A stretch of 64,000 nucleotides of DNA from Deltaproteobacteria bacterium (GTDB lineage Bacteria; Myxococcota; Kuafuiibacteriia; Kuafuiibacteriales; Kuafuiibacteriaceae), in NCBI GenBank assembly GCA_040218735.1, contig JAVJQW010000018.1, positions 32,001 through 96,000 of the forward strand, in the 5' to 3' direction. Within the stretch, counting starts at the first letter, position 1; every line of letters begins with the position of its first letter. A program made the translations under genes and the position numbers. Shown one piece after another: positions 15,754-24,423 of this stretch. The notes below the pieces were generated by a model. That model made no database searches, was not told where the DNA came from, and saw only the letters and a list, made by a program, of their open reading frames with translations.

Positions 15754-18421
15754 GTCGCGGCTCCCCGACGGCCGGCGGCAGCTTCGTCTCGACGTCGCCG
15801 TGTGTCGCGCGGATGCGCGCGAGCGCCGCGACGCACGCCTGCCACTCCCCCTGGGCGGCCGAAGCCATGAACTCGTCGAACACCGGCACCACGACGTCGG
15901 CGAAGGCGCGGTCTTCGATCGCGAGGTCCCGCATGACCTCGACGAGCCGCCGCTTCGCGACGCTCGCCGGGAACGGACGCGCGGGTGCGAGCTCGGCGTC
16001 GAGCTCTCTTCGTTCCATACGACCCGGCGGTAGCCCGAACAAGACGGTGCGGAGGAACTGCCGGAGCGCCTCGCCAGACGCGCCTTCACGGCCGTGTTTG
16101 CGCCACAACAGGCGCACCGCGAAGAGCCGCACGTCGCGGTCGGGGCTCTCCATCAGCCACGCGAGGCGCCGTGCGCCGCCGACGCGATCGTAGTGTCGCT
16201 CGATCAACGTCAGCGCGATCTCGCGCGTGGCCTTCACGTGGCTCTCGGCGAGCGCGAACAACCGCACGTCGTCGAGCCACTCCGACGGCACCGAGATCTC
16301 CGCGTCCTCGTCACCGATACCGAACAGCGCCTCGGCGGCGAGCTGTCGCCCCTCGCGGAAGCGGCTGTCGGCGAGCTCGTACACGAGCGCCGCGTCGCCC
16401 CAGCGCACGAGCTCCTGGCGCCCGACTCGTACCGCGAGGCGGCGTACGTCGGCGCGCTCGTCGGTGAACCCGGAGCGCACGTAGGCGAGGCCGTACGCGG
16501 CGTGGTCGAGCTTCGGCGCGATGGCGAGTGAGCGACCCTCGTTGGTCGTCGGTCCGAGCACCGGGTGGTGCACCGCAAGGTAGGTTGCAGCGAACCGACG
16601 CACGGGCTCCGCCTGCTTCGGCCCCGTCGCGAGGTGCCACAGGCGCTCGATGCCGCCGAAGTCGTCCGGTGTGAAGTGCTCGAGGAGGTACTGGTGCGCG
16701 AAGCTCGCGAGCGCCTCGTCCGTGCGCCGTGTCATCGCGAGGAGCCACTCCAGCCCGACGCGCCCCGGCCGCACGAGCTTCGGGTTGGAGAGGATGCCGA
16801 TCGCCAGCGGCCGCAGGCTCGGCCGCATCACGAGGCCCTTCACCCACTCCACGTCGAGCGCGTCGCCGGACAGCATTCCGTCGAGCAGCCAGCGGGACAC
16901 CGTGGACTGCAGCGCCGGGTTCATCACGGCCTCTTTCAGCCACGCCGCGCCGATCTCCTGGCCGCTCCGGGTCGAGAGCATCTTCAGGGCGTCGCGCCGC
17001 TCCGACCAGCCGCAGCGCCGGTCCTCGAGGAGCTGCGTGAGGTACGCCGCGGGGATGGTTTGCTCCGCGTCTCGGAAGAGCTTCTCGACGAGCCCCTTCA
17101 TCTCGCGGCCGCTCGTGTAGAGCGCGATGAACTGCTCGGCGCTCAGGTCACGAGGCTGGTACCCGCGCCGCAGCATCTCGGTCGCCAGCTCGCGCGCGGC
17201 GCGTACGCGGAGAAGTCGCGTGAGGTGGTCGAGGCCGATCGTCTTCGGGTCGAGCTTGCCGAGGCGCTCGAGCGCGAAGTCACGGGCGTCGGCCGGACCT
17301 TCGACGAGCTCGACGAGGCGGTCCACCGGGAGGTTCGGCACGTGCGCGCGAACGTAGGCGAGGGCGTACCGCCGCGCGGCTTCGCTCTCGCTGTCGAGGA
17401 AGCGGACCACCATGTCGCCGAGTCCGAGTGCGGCGAGCTTCGACTGGTGCAGCTCCGGGCTCTCTTCGAGGAGGCGCACCACGAACGCGTGCACGGAGCC
17501 GAGCGGACGGCGCGCGATGCGCTCCAGCCACTTCGGATCCACCTTCTCCTTCTCGCCGGGGAAGTCCGTCTCGATGCAGCGAATCGCGAAGCGACACACG
17601 GAGTCGTTGTTCGCGTCCTCCAGGAGGCGCAAGACAGGTTGCGGCGACGCCTTCCACGCCTCGTGGGCGTAGCGCTTCTCGAGATCGTCCGGCGGCCCGT
17701 CCATCCACGACGAGCCGCTCCCCTCGTACTCCAGATCCGCGTGCGCCCAGATCTGATTCGCGACCCACGACCCCGCGAACTTGAACCGCTGCGGATAGTG
17801 GCTCAGGACCTGCGCGGCGAGCGATGGATAGACGTCCGGCAGCGCGCGGCCGAGCTCGCGGAGGTACCGCCACGCGCGCCGCCGCATGTACAGGACGGTG
17901 CCGGGGAGGATCTCGTCGGTGCGGTACGGCGTCTGCGGGAGGGCGTCGAGGCGCCACAGGAGCACGCCGAGCATCCGCACGTCGTGTTCGTCCTCCGCGC
18001 GTTTGTAGATCGCCTTGAACGCCTGCCAGGTGCCCCACCCGAGTCGGGCGCGCGCGAAGACGTCGACGAGGAGCTGCCGATGCCACGCGTCGCCGCCCTC
18101 GTAGAACGCGGTGAGCATCGGCCCGAGGTCGAGGCGCGGCGGGTGATGGGGCGCGGCGATCACCTGCTTCCACGCCTCGGCGCGTATCACCTTCTTCTCG
18201 TCGTCGGTCTTGCCGTCGAGGGTGTTCGGGTGGAGCGAAGTGCGGAGCCGCTGAAGCGTGAACGCATCCGCCGCCGCCGGGTCGGCTTCGTCGGCACCCT
18301 CCGCGCGGTCCTCGGGCGGGTCGGGTTGCTCGAGGTAACTCACGATCAGAGCGGCCGCCTCCGGGCTCCGATCGTCGAGCGCGCGCTGGACGTCTGCAAA
18401 CGTGATGGCGGCGCCGCTCAT
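15746..18421 (-). CDS. 891-aa alpha-helical (ARM/HEAT-like) protein, first gene of the retron operon
   Basis: Start moved to ATG 18421; WQAFKAIYKRAE, TVLYMRRRAWRYLRELG, repeated L.W / D.R.FA helical units; strong GC3 bias. Confidence 0.75.
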   Translation of the reverse strand: MSGAAITFADVQRALDDRSPEAAALIVSYLEQPDPPEDRAEGADEADPAAADAFTLQRLRTSLHPNTLDGKTDDEKKVIRAEAWKQVIAAPHHPPRLDLGPMLTAFYEGGDAWHRQLLVDVFARARLGWGTWQAFKAIYKRAEDEHDVRMLGVLLWRLDALPQTPYRTDEILPGTVLYMRRRAWRYLRELGRALPDVYPSLAAQVLSHYPQRFKFAGSWVANQIWAHADLEYEGSGSSWMDGPPDDLEKRYAHEAWKASPQPVLRLLEDANNDSVCRFAIRCIETDFPGEKEKVDPKWLERIARRPLGSVHAFVVRLLEESPELHQSKLAALGLGDMVVRFLDSESEAARRYALAYVRAHVPNLPVDRLVELVEGPADARDFALERLGKLDPKTIGLDHLTRLLRVRAARELATEMLRRGYQPRDLSAEQFIALYTSGREMKGLVEKLFRDAEQTIPAAYLTQLLEDRRCGWSERRDALKMLSTRSGQEIGAAWLKEAVMNPALQSTVSRWLLDGMLSGDALDVEWVKGLVMRPSLRPLAIGILSNPKLVRPGRVGLEWLLAMTRRTDEALASFAHQYLLEHFTPDDFGGIERLWHLATGPKQAEPVRRFAATYLAVHHPVLGPTTNEGRSLAIAPKLDHAAYGLAYVRSGFTDERADVRRLAVRVGRQELVRWGDAALVYELADSRFREGRQLAAEALFGIGDEDAEISVPSEWLDDVRLFALAESHVKATREIALTLIERHYDRVGGARRLAWLMESPDRDVRLFAVRLLWRKHGREGASGEALRQFLRTVLFGLPPGRMERRELDAELAPARPFPASVAKRRLVEVMRDLAIEDRAFADVVVPVFDEFMASAAQGEWQACVAALARIRATHGDVETKLPPAVGEPRRG

Positions 18422-18563
18422 CCGGGCCCCGCGATCTAGCAGCGGCCGGACTTGGGGGCAAACCGGGGAGGGGGAGGCATCGACAGGCCCCCGCGTCGGT
18501 GCCAGAACGAGCCCCGATGGCCGAGACCCGAGCGGCGAAACCGACGATCGAGGCGCGGTGACG

Positions 18564-19934
18564 ATGCCCCCGTTCCTCACCCTCGTCGCCCTGACTTCGT
18601 CGACCGCGACCGTCGCCGACGTGCCGACCGCCACCGTCGCCGCCGCGACGGTTCGCCCCGAGGACGCCAACAGCCGGATCGACACCCCCGGCCCGACCTA
18701 CACCGACGTGCTGCTGTTCATGCCCCGGCTCGTTCTGGCGCCGGTACGCTACACACTCGCGCTCGTCGCCTGGCCGCTGCGCAAGGGACTCGAGCTCGTC
18801 GAGGAGTATCGGGTCATCGAGCACACGATCGACCTGCTCTACAACGACGCGCGCACCGCGGGGTTCTTTCCCACCGTCGACTTCTTCTCCTCGCAGGGCA
18901 CGACCGTGGGGGGCCGGCTCTTTCACAACGACGTGTTCGGCAACGGCGAGACCGTCTCGCTCAGCGCCAAGCTGGGCGGCCTCTACGCTCAGGGGTACGC
19001 GCTCGACTTCGGCGCCGATCGCCTCGCCGACACCCCGTTGTGGATCGAAGGCTCCGCGCGCTGGGAGCGCCGCCCGCGCCTGTACTTCGAGGGCATCGGC
19101 AACCTCGACACGACCACCAGCTTCACCGGGCTCCAGGACCCGTACGTCGCCGCCGTCCCCACGCGCTTCGCGCAGGAGCGCGTGCTCGGTCGACTCCGAC
19201 TCGGGACCACGCACGGCCCCGCGGACGGGCGCGTGAAGATCGGGACCTCGCTGTTCTTCAACCACCGCCACTTCGGCCCGGCCGACCGCCTCGGTGACGA
19301 CGAACGCTCCATCGAGACCGTCTACGACACGTCGAGGATCGTCGGATTCGACGACGGCTTCTCACTCTTCGAAGTCACCGCAGACCTCGTCCTCGACTTC
19401 CGCAACCGCCCCGGCCAGACCTCACGCGGCTTCTTCTTCGAGGCGTTCGCGGGCGGTGTGCCGGAGCAGGACGGTCGCCGCTTCTTCCACTGGGGCGCCG
19501 ATTTAGCCGTGTTCATCGAGGTCTTCGCCGAGACCCGCGTCCTCGTCCTGCACGGCGCGGTCGAGGGTGTCGAAGGTGAACGCGAACGCATCCCGTTCAC
19601 GGAGCTGCCGCGGCTGGGCGGCGCCGGACGCCTCCGTGGCTACCAGGTCGATCACTTCCGCGGTGAGAAGGCGGCGATCACCAGCCTCGAATATCACTAC
19701 CCCATTCATCAGCTCCTGCGCGGGGTGCTGTTCGTCGACGCCGGGCGTGTCGCCGATACCTACGCCGATCTCTTCGACACTTACGCTTGGCGCTACTCGG
19801 CGGGCGGTGGGTTGAAGATCGGGACCGAGGAGAGCACGTGGCTGCAGATCGATCTCGCCTACGGCGACGGTCTCTTCCTCACGATCTCCTCCGCTCCGTT
19901 CCGATCGTTCTCGGGGAGGACGGAGCGACTATGA
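18564..19934 (+). CDS. Omp85/BamA-TamA family outer-membrane barrel
   Basis: Signal-like N-terminus, LGGAGRLRGY..D.FRG (Omp85 loop-6 motif), LFVDAGRV, YSAGGGLK; start at ATG 18564 or GTG 18558. Confidence 0.8.
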   Translation: MPPFLTLVALTSSTATVADVPTATVAAATVRPEDANSRIDTPGPTYTDVLLFMPRLVLAPVRYTLALVAWPLRKGLELVEEYRVIEHTIDLLYNDARTAGFFPTVDFFSSQGTTVGGRLFHNDVFGNGETVSLSAKLGGLYAQGYALDFGADRLADTPLWIEGSARWERRPRLYFEGIGNLDTTTSFTGLQDPYVAAVPTRFAQERVLGRLRLGTTHGPADGRVKIGTSLFFNHRHFGPADRLGDDERSIETVYDTSRIVGFDDGFSLFEVTADLVLDFRNRPGQTSRGFFFEAFAGGVPEQDGRRFFHWGADLAVFIEVFAETRVLVLHGAVEGVEGERERIPFTELPRLGGAGRLRGYQVDHFRGEKAAITSLEYHYPIHQLLRGVLFVDAGRVADTYADLFDTYAWRYSAGGGLKIGTEESTWLQIDLAYGDGLFLTISSAPFRSFSGRTERL

Positions 19935-21529
19935 GAAGGCTCGCGCTCGCTCTGCTCCTCACGTCGTGCGCCACACCTCCGCGTTTCGCGGACCGGCCGA
20001 TCGTCACTCGGGTCGACGACACCCGGGACATTCCGCGCCCCGCGTCGAATGAGTTCTACGCGTTCCGCTACATGGCCGACGTCTTCGTGTTCCGCAGCGC
20101 GACGCGCGCGATGGAGCTACGAACGACGCAACCCGCCTTGTCGACGAACGCAGTCGACGAGGTCCCGGACTCGACCTGGTTCACGAACCGTGTCGGCGTG
20201 CGGGAGGTCACCCCGGAGGAGGCCGCGACGGGCCCCGGCACCGATGGTCCGCCGAAGCCGCCCTTCACGATCATCCCCGGCAAGTCCGGCGGAGGGAACG
20301 CGGGTTTCGTCGTGAAGGACACCTCGGGGCGTGCTTTCCTGATGAAGTTCGACCTGAAGGACAACCCACAGATGCAGACCGCGACCGACGCGATCGTGAG
20401 CCGTCTCTTCTGGTTGATGGGTTGGAACGTCCCCGCCGACTACGTCGTCGTCTTCGATCGCAGTGAGTTGTCGATCGGCGAAGGTGCGACCACCAAGGAC
20501 GAGCTGGGTGAGAAGCGCTCGCTCACCGACGAGGACGTCGATACGGCGTTGGGCACCGCACCCCGCCGCGCCGACGGGCGCTTCCGCGCGCTGACCAGCA
20601 CGTTCGTCCCCGGGAAGGTGCTCGGAGGCATCGTCCCCGAAGGGGTTCGCGAGGACGATGCCAACGACACCATCCCGCACGAACACCGCCGCGAGCTGCG
20701 TGGCCTCCTCGCGCCCGCGGCGTGGCTGAATCACACCGACATGAAGGAGGACAACCTCCTCGACACGTGGGTCGAAGAGGACGGCCGCCACTTCGTGCGT
20801 CACTACCTCGTCGACTTCGGTGAAGCGCTCGGCGCGCACGCCGCAGAAAAGGGTCGGCTCGAGGATGGGTATGAGTACTTCATCGACTGGTCTGCGGTCG
20901 TTCGTGGGTTGTTCTCGTTCGGGCTATGGGTTCGTGAGTGGGAGTCACTCGAGACCTCTGAGTTCCTCTCCGTCGGTGCGTTCGCGGCGGAACCGTTCGA
21001 TCCGTACACGTGGCACGAGGCGTATCCGTTCTGGGCGTTCGACGAAGCGGACGCCGCGGACCGCTACTGGGGGGCGAAGCTCGTCATGTCCGTGCGGCGC
21101 GAGCAGCTGGAAGCGATCGTGAAGGAGGGCCGACTGTCCGCGGACGCTTCGGCCTACCTCGTCGACACCTTGGTCGCGCGTCAGAAGAAGGTCGGGCGGG
21201 CGTTCTTCGGCGCCGTCTCACCGATCGATCACCTGTCGGCGCGGGAGGACGCGTGGTGCGGCGTGGACCTCGGCGTCGCCTTCGGCCTCGGAGATCACGG
21301 CGTCGTCGAGGTGCTCGACGACTACGGCGAGGACGCCGAGGACGTACGAGCCGAAATCACCGTCGACCACGAAGGGGCGTTCTGCGTCCCGCTCACGGGG
21401 GACGGGTACACGGTCTATCGCGTGCGAACGCGCCGCGGGAAAGAGCACCACCCCGTGATGCAGGTGCACGTGATGCAGGACGGGCGGCCGCGCATCCTCG
21501 GCGTCATTCGGGTCGAGCCGGCGCGCTGA
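19931..21529 (+). CDS. Lipoprotein with atypical kinase-like (HipA/PI3K-like) motifs
   Basis: Lipobox LLTSC after ATG 19931 (ATGA overlap); GKSGGG, FLMKFD, WLNHTDMKEDN, YLVDFG. Confidence 0.6.
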   Translation: MRRLALALLLTSCATPPRFADRPIVTRVDDTRDIPRPASNEFYAFRYMADVFVFRSATRAMELRTTQPALSTNAVDEVPDSTWFTNRVGVREVTPEEAATGPGTDGPPKPPFTIIPGKSGGGNAGFVVKDTSGRAFLMKFDLKDNPQMQTATDAIVSRLFWLMGWNVPADYVVVFDRSELSIGEGATTKDELGEKRSLTDEDVDTALGTAPRRADGRFRALTSTFVPGKVLGGIVPEGVREDDANDTIPHEHRRELRGLLAPAAWLNHTDMKEDNLLDTWVEEDGRHFVRHYLVDFGEALGAHAAEKGRLEDGYEYFIDWSAVVRGLFSFGLWVREWESLETSEFLSVGAFAAEPFDPYTWHEAYPFWAFDEADAADRYWGAKLVMSVRREQLEAIVKEGRLSADASAYLVDTLVARQKKVGRAFFGAVSPIDHLSAREDAWCGVDLGVAFGLGDHGVVEVLDDYGEDAEDVRAEITVDHEGAFCVPLTGDGYTVYRVRTRRGKEHHPVMQVHVMQDGRPRILGVIRVEPAR

Positions 21530-22139
21530 CTCCACGTACCCGCGGAGGGGACGCGCTCTCGAAGAACCCATCGGCGCGCCGCGCGTCGAAGTAACGCGCG
21601 AGCCGGGGCACGGAGCGCTCCGGCACGTCTACGCCGTACGCCAAGCCCAACGCCATGCGTGCGGTGAGCGCGGCGTCCGCCATCGAGAAGGTCCCGCCGA
21701 AGTAGGTTTCGTCACCGAGCGCGGCGTCGAGGTAGGGCAGGGCGTCGAGGTACGCCTCCGTGCCGGCGTCGATGCGCTCTCGATCCCACTCGGCTCTTGG
21801 TTTGTCGCGCTTCTCGAAGATGACTTCGCGGATCGCGCGCCCGATGACCACGTCCGCATAACGAACCAGCTCACGCACTCGCGCGCGCTCGTGGGGCGCG
21901 TCGGGGAGCAGACCTCCGCGTGTCTCTTGCAGGTACTCGAGGATCGTCGACGAGTCCGTCAGGACCACGTCCCCTTCCACCAGCACCGGCACGGTGTTCG
22001 CGAAGGTGAGCGGCCGCCAGCGCGCCTCGGCCGCGGGGTCACGGTGATCGTACCGTTCGTAGGGGACGGCGAGGTGACCGAGGCAGAGCCGCACCCGGTA
22101 GCAGTAGGGGCACTCGGCCTTGTCGAACAGCTCGATCAT
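21504..22139 (-). CDS. Glutathione S-transferase family protein
   Basis: From ATG 22139: CPYC, TVPVL, DSSTILEYL, FSMADAAL. Confidence 0.85.
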   Translation of the reverse strand: MIELFDKAECPYCYRVRLCLGHLAVPYERYDHRDPAAEARWRPLTFANTVPVLVEGDVVLTDSSTILEYLQETRGGLLPDAPHERARVRELVRYADVVIGRAIREVIFEKRDKPRAEWDRERIDAGTEAYLDALPYLDAALGDETYFGGTFSMADAALTARMALGLAYGVDVPERSVPRLARYFDARRADGFFESASPPRVRGVSAPARPE

Positions 22140-22723
22140 GGCTTCGCGAGGGCGTCGAGGTGCTCTTCGACGAAGTCGATACGGTCCTGGCCCCAGAAGA
22201 TCTCGTCGCCGATTACAAACGTCGGCACGCCGAAGATCCCACGCTCCTGCGCGGCGGCCGCGTTTGCCTCGAGCTGTGCGTGCCGCTTGGGGTCGTCGAA
22301 CGCCGCGATGACCTCGTCGCGATCCAGCCCGACGGAAGTCGCGACCTTCAACAGGATCTCCGGCTGCCCGATGTCCTGCCCGTGCGCCCACTCCTCGTTC
22401 ATCACGGCGTTTGTGTACGGACGCACGAGGTCGTGATCGATCGCGACGAGCGCCGCCAGCGCGGCGTTCGTCGGATCCGTCGTCTTCGGCGGCGGCACGA
22501 ACGGCACGTTCAGCCGACGTGTCCAACGCTGCACGTCCTGACGCGCGATGGGCATCTTCACCTTCGCGCGATCCGGCGCGGACCGCCCGTTCCAACCCCC
22601 GAGGGGCTTGAAGACGAGGCGGCCCGGGTGGTCGTCCTCGATCGACCACATCTTGTGCGTGGCGATGTAGCAGTACGGGCTGCGGTAGTTGAAAAACACC
22701 CAGACGTCGGTCTTGTCGGCCAT
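22136..22723 (-). CDS. DsbA family / 2-hydroxychromene-2-carboxylate isomerase (kappa GST)
   Basis: FNYRSPYCY, GIFGVPTFVIGDEIFWGQDR; start ATG 22723. Confidence 0.88.
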   Translation of the reverse strand: MADKTDVWVFFNYRSPYCYIATHKMWSIEDDHPGRLVFKPLGGWNGRSAPDRAKVKMPIARQDVQRWTRRLNVPFVPPPKTTDPTNAALAALVAIDHDLVRPYTNAVMNEEWAHGQDIGQPEILLKVATSVGLDRDEVIAAFDDPKRHAQLEANAAAAQERGIFGVPTFVIGDEIFWGQDRIDFVEEHLDALAKP

Positions 22724-22728
22724 CGAAA

Positions 22729-23654
22729 TCAGCTCGCTAGCTTCTCGCCGCGGTTGGCGGCGGCCTCGATGTGTATCTGCCTGAGCTCGTCGTTCCAAGG
22801 GCTATATCGCTGTGACCCACCCGAGAGCCAGTGCAGGGAGAACTCAGCACCCGAACCGAACTTGCTCTTCTCGAGCGGCAGATCGATCCGGTCGTGGTCT
22901 TCACGCGTGAACGACACGGTCGGGTCCTTCCCGGCCTGCACCAACGCCATGTTGTCGCGGAACATCTTCCGCACCGCGATCACCCCGCTGTCGCTCTTGG
23001 CGAGGTGTTCGTTGACGCGGTCCGCGATGCGCCCCTGCGTCACCCACGCCATCATGTCCTGGCCCTCGATGTAGTCGGTGATGTACCGGCCCTTGTCGTC
23101 CATCCAAGGGATCTCGTAGTCCACGATCCGTCCGGTCGCGTCGTGCTCGATGCCGTCCGGTGCGTGAACCGAGTAGAACGCCACCCAGGTCTCGTCGTCG
23201 TCCCGGGGGACGCGGATCTGCATCTGATAGGTGCCGTTGCCGCCGACCCACATGCAGTACGGGAACACGAGCGGGTGGCCGATCTTCCAATCGTCGTCCT
23301 CCTCGGTCTGACCCTTGAGGACGCGCCGCTTGATGATGCCGTGCTCGAAGAGATCGAAGCCGACCCGCGTGTGCTCGACGCGCGCGAACGAGTCCGGGAT
23401 CGTACCTCCGGACTGCATCGCCGCGAGCCACGCGAAGTAGCGGTTGTGAAGCCACTCGACGTGGAACGGATCCACGGAGTTCTCCATGATCTGGAGCCAG
23501 TTGCACGGGAGCACGGTGTGGCCGACGTCCCGCACGCCGTCCATCACGTAGCCGCTGTAGTGGGGGAGTTTCGGCGCCGGTTTTTTTCCGATGTACGCCC
23601 AGATCAGACCACCCATCTCGTCCGCGAGGCTTCGTTGGCCTGTTGACTGAGCAT
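22729..23654 (-). pseudogene. Rieske non-heme-iron oxygenase alpha subunit lacking its Rieske domain
   Basis: RBS + ATG 23654 MLSQQANEA joined out of frame to ADEMGGLIWAY; catalytic domain intact (CNWLQIMENSVDPFHVEWLH, QDMMAW, EHLAKSD); no CxH...CxxH. Confidence 0.8.
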
Positions 23655-23684
23655 CGTCTCTCTCCCTGTCCGTTGAAATAGAAG

Positions 23685-24374
23685 CTAGGCCTCGACGTCC
23701 CAACTCACCTTCTGTGTCGTAGGAATCTCGATTTCGAGCGCGCGCTCGCGATAGGTCACCACGGCGTGCTCGCGGTCGCCGAAGACACGCATGTGCACGT
23801 CCTCGAGGTTGTAGGGCTCACCGGGATCGTGACCCATCGCCGACGTCGCGACGGCGCGGATCGGGCCCGAGTGGGTGCACACGAACACCCGCAGGTTGTC
23901 GGGCCCCTTCGAGACCTCCTCCACGATGCCGCGCCAAAAGCGCCGCACGCAGATCGCCGACGGCTCGAAGTACTGCATCGGCATCCGGAGCCAGTGGGTG
24001 ATCGGGTCGCCGCCCGCGGCCTGGATGTTCCAGAACCGCTGCATCTCGGTGAGCCAACCCGGCCAGTCACCGCCCTTTCGCTGCTCGTAGGTCTCGACCA
24101 ACGTCGCGAACGTCATGAACGCGCTCGTCACGTCCATCTCGTTGCCGTCGCACCAGACCTTGAAGTTGCGGAAGTGCACGCTGACGTGCGGCTCCTCGAC
24201 GTTGACGTCCGCACCGTTGCCGTAACGCGCCATGCCTGTGAGCAGACCTTCGCGCAGCGCGATCGCGGTCTCGGTCGCGCGTGCGGTGTCGGCGTGCGGG
24301 AAGCGGATCGTCATGCCCGGCTTCACGCCCGCGTCCGAGAAGCGCAAGGCCGAGATCGAGGCCCGAAAGTAGAC
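23685..24374 (-). pseudogene. Probable 5'-truncated histidine-phosphatase-like gene
   Basis: Has TARATETA and VFVCTHSGPIRA motifs but no RHG; in-frame TAA upstream and no convincing start or RBS. Confidence 0.5.
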
Positions 24375-24423
24375 TTAGTCCGGTCTGGTCAGCCGATCGG
24401 CGCGCGTGCTGTGTATACGCCGC

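Noticed and set aside
5928-18560. Whole retron operon as an integrative island at tRNA-Pro
   Set aside because: No integrase, no tRNA-end repeat noticed at the far boundary, and host-like composition; only the internal 12-bp repeat is reported.
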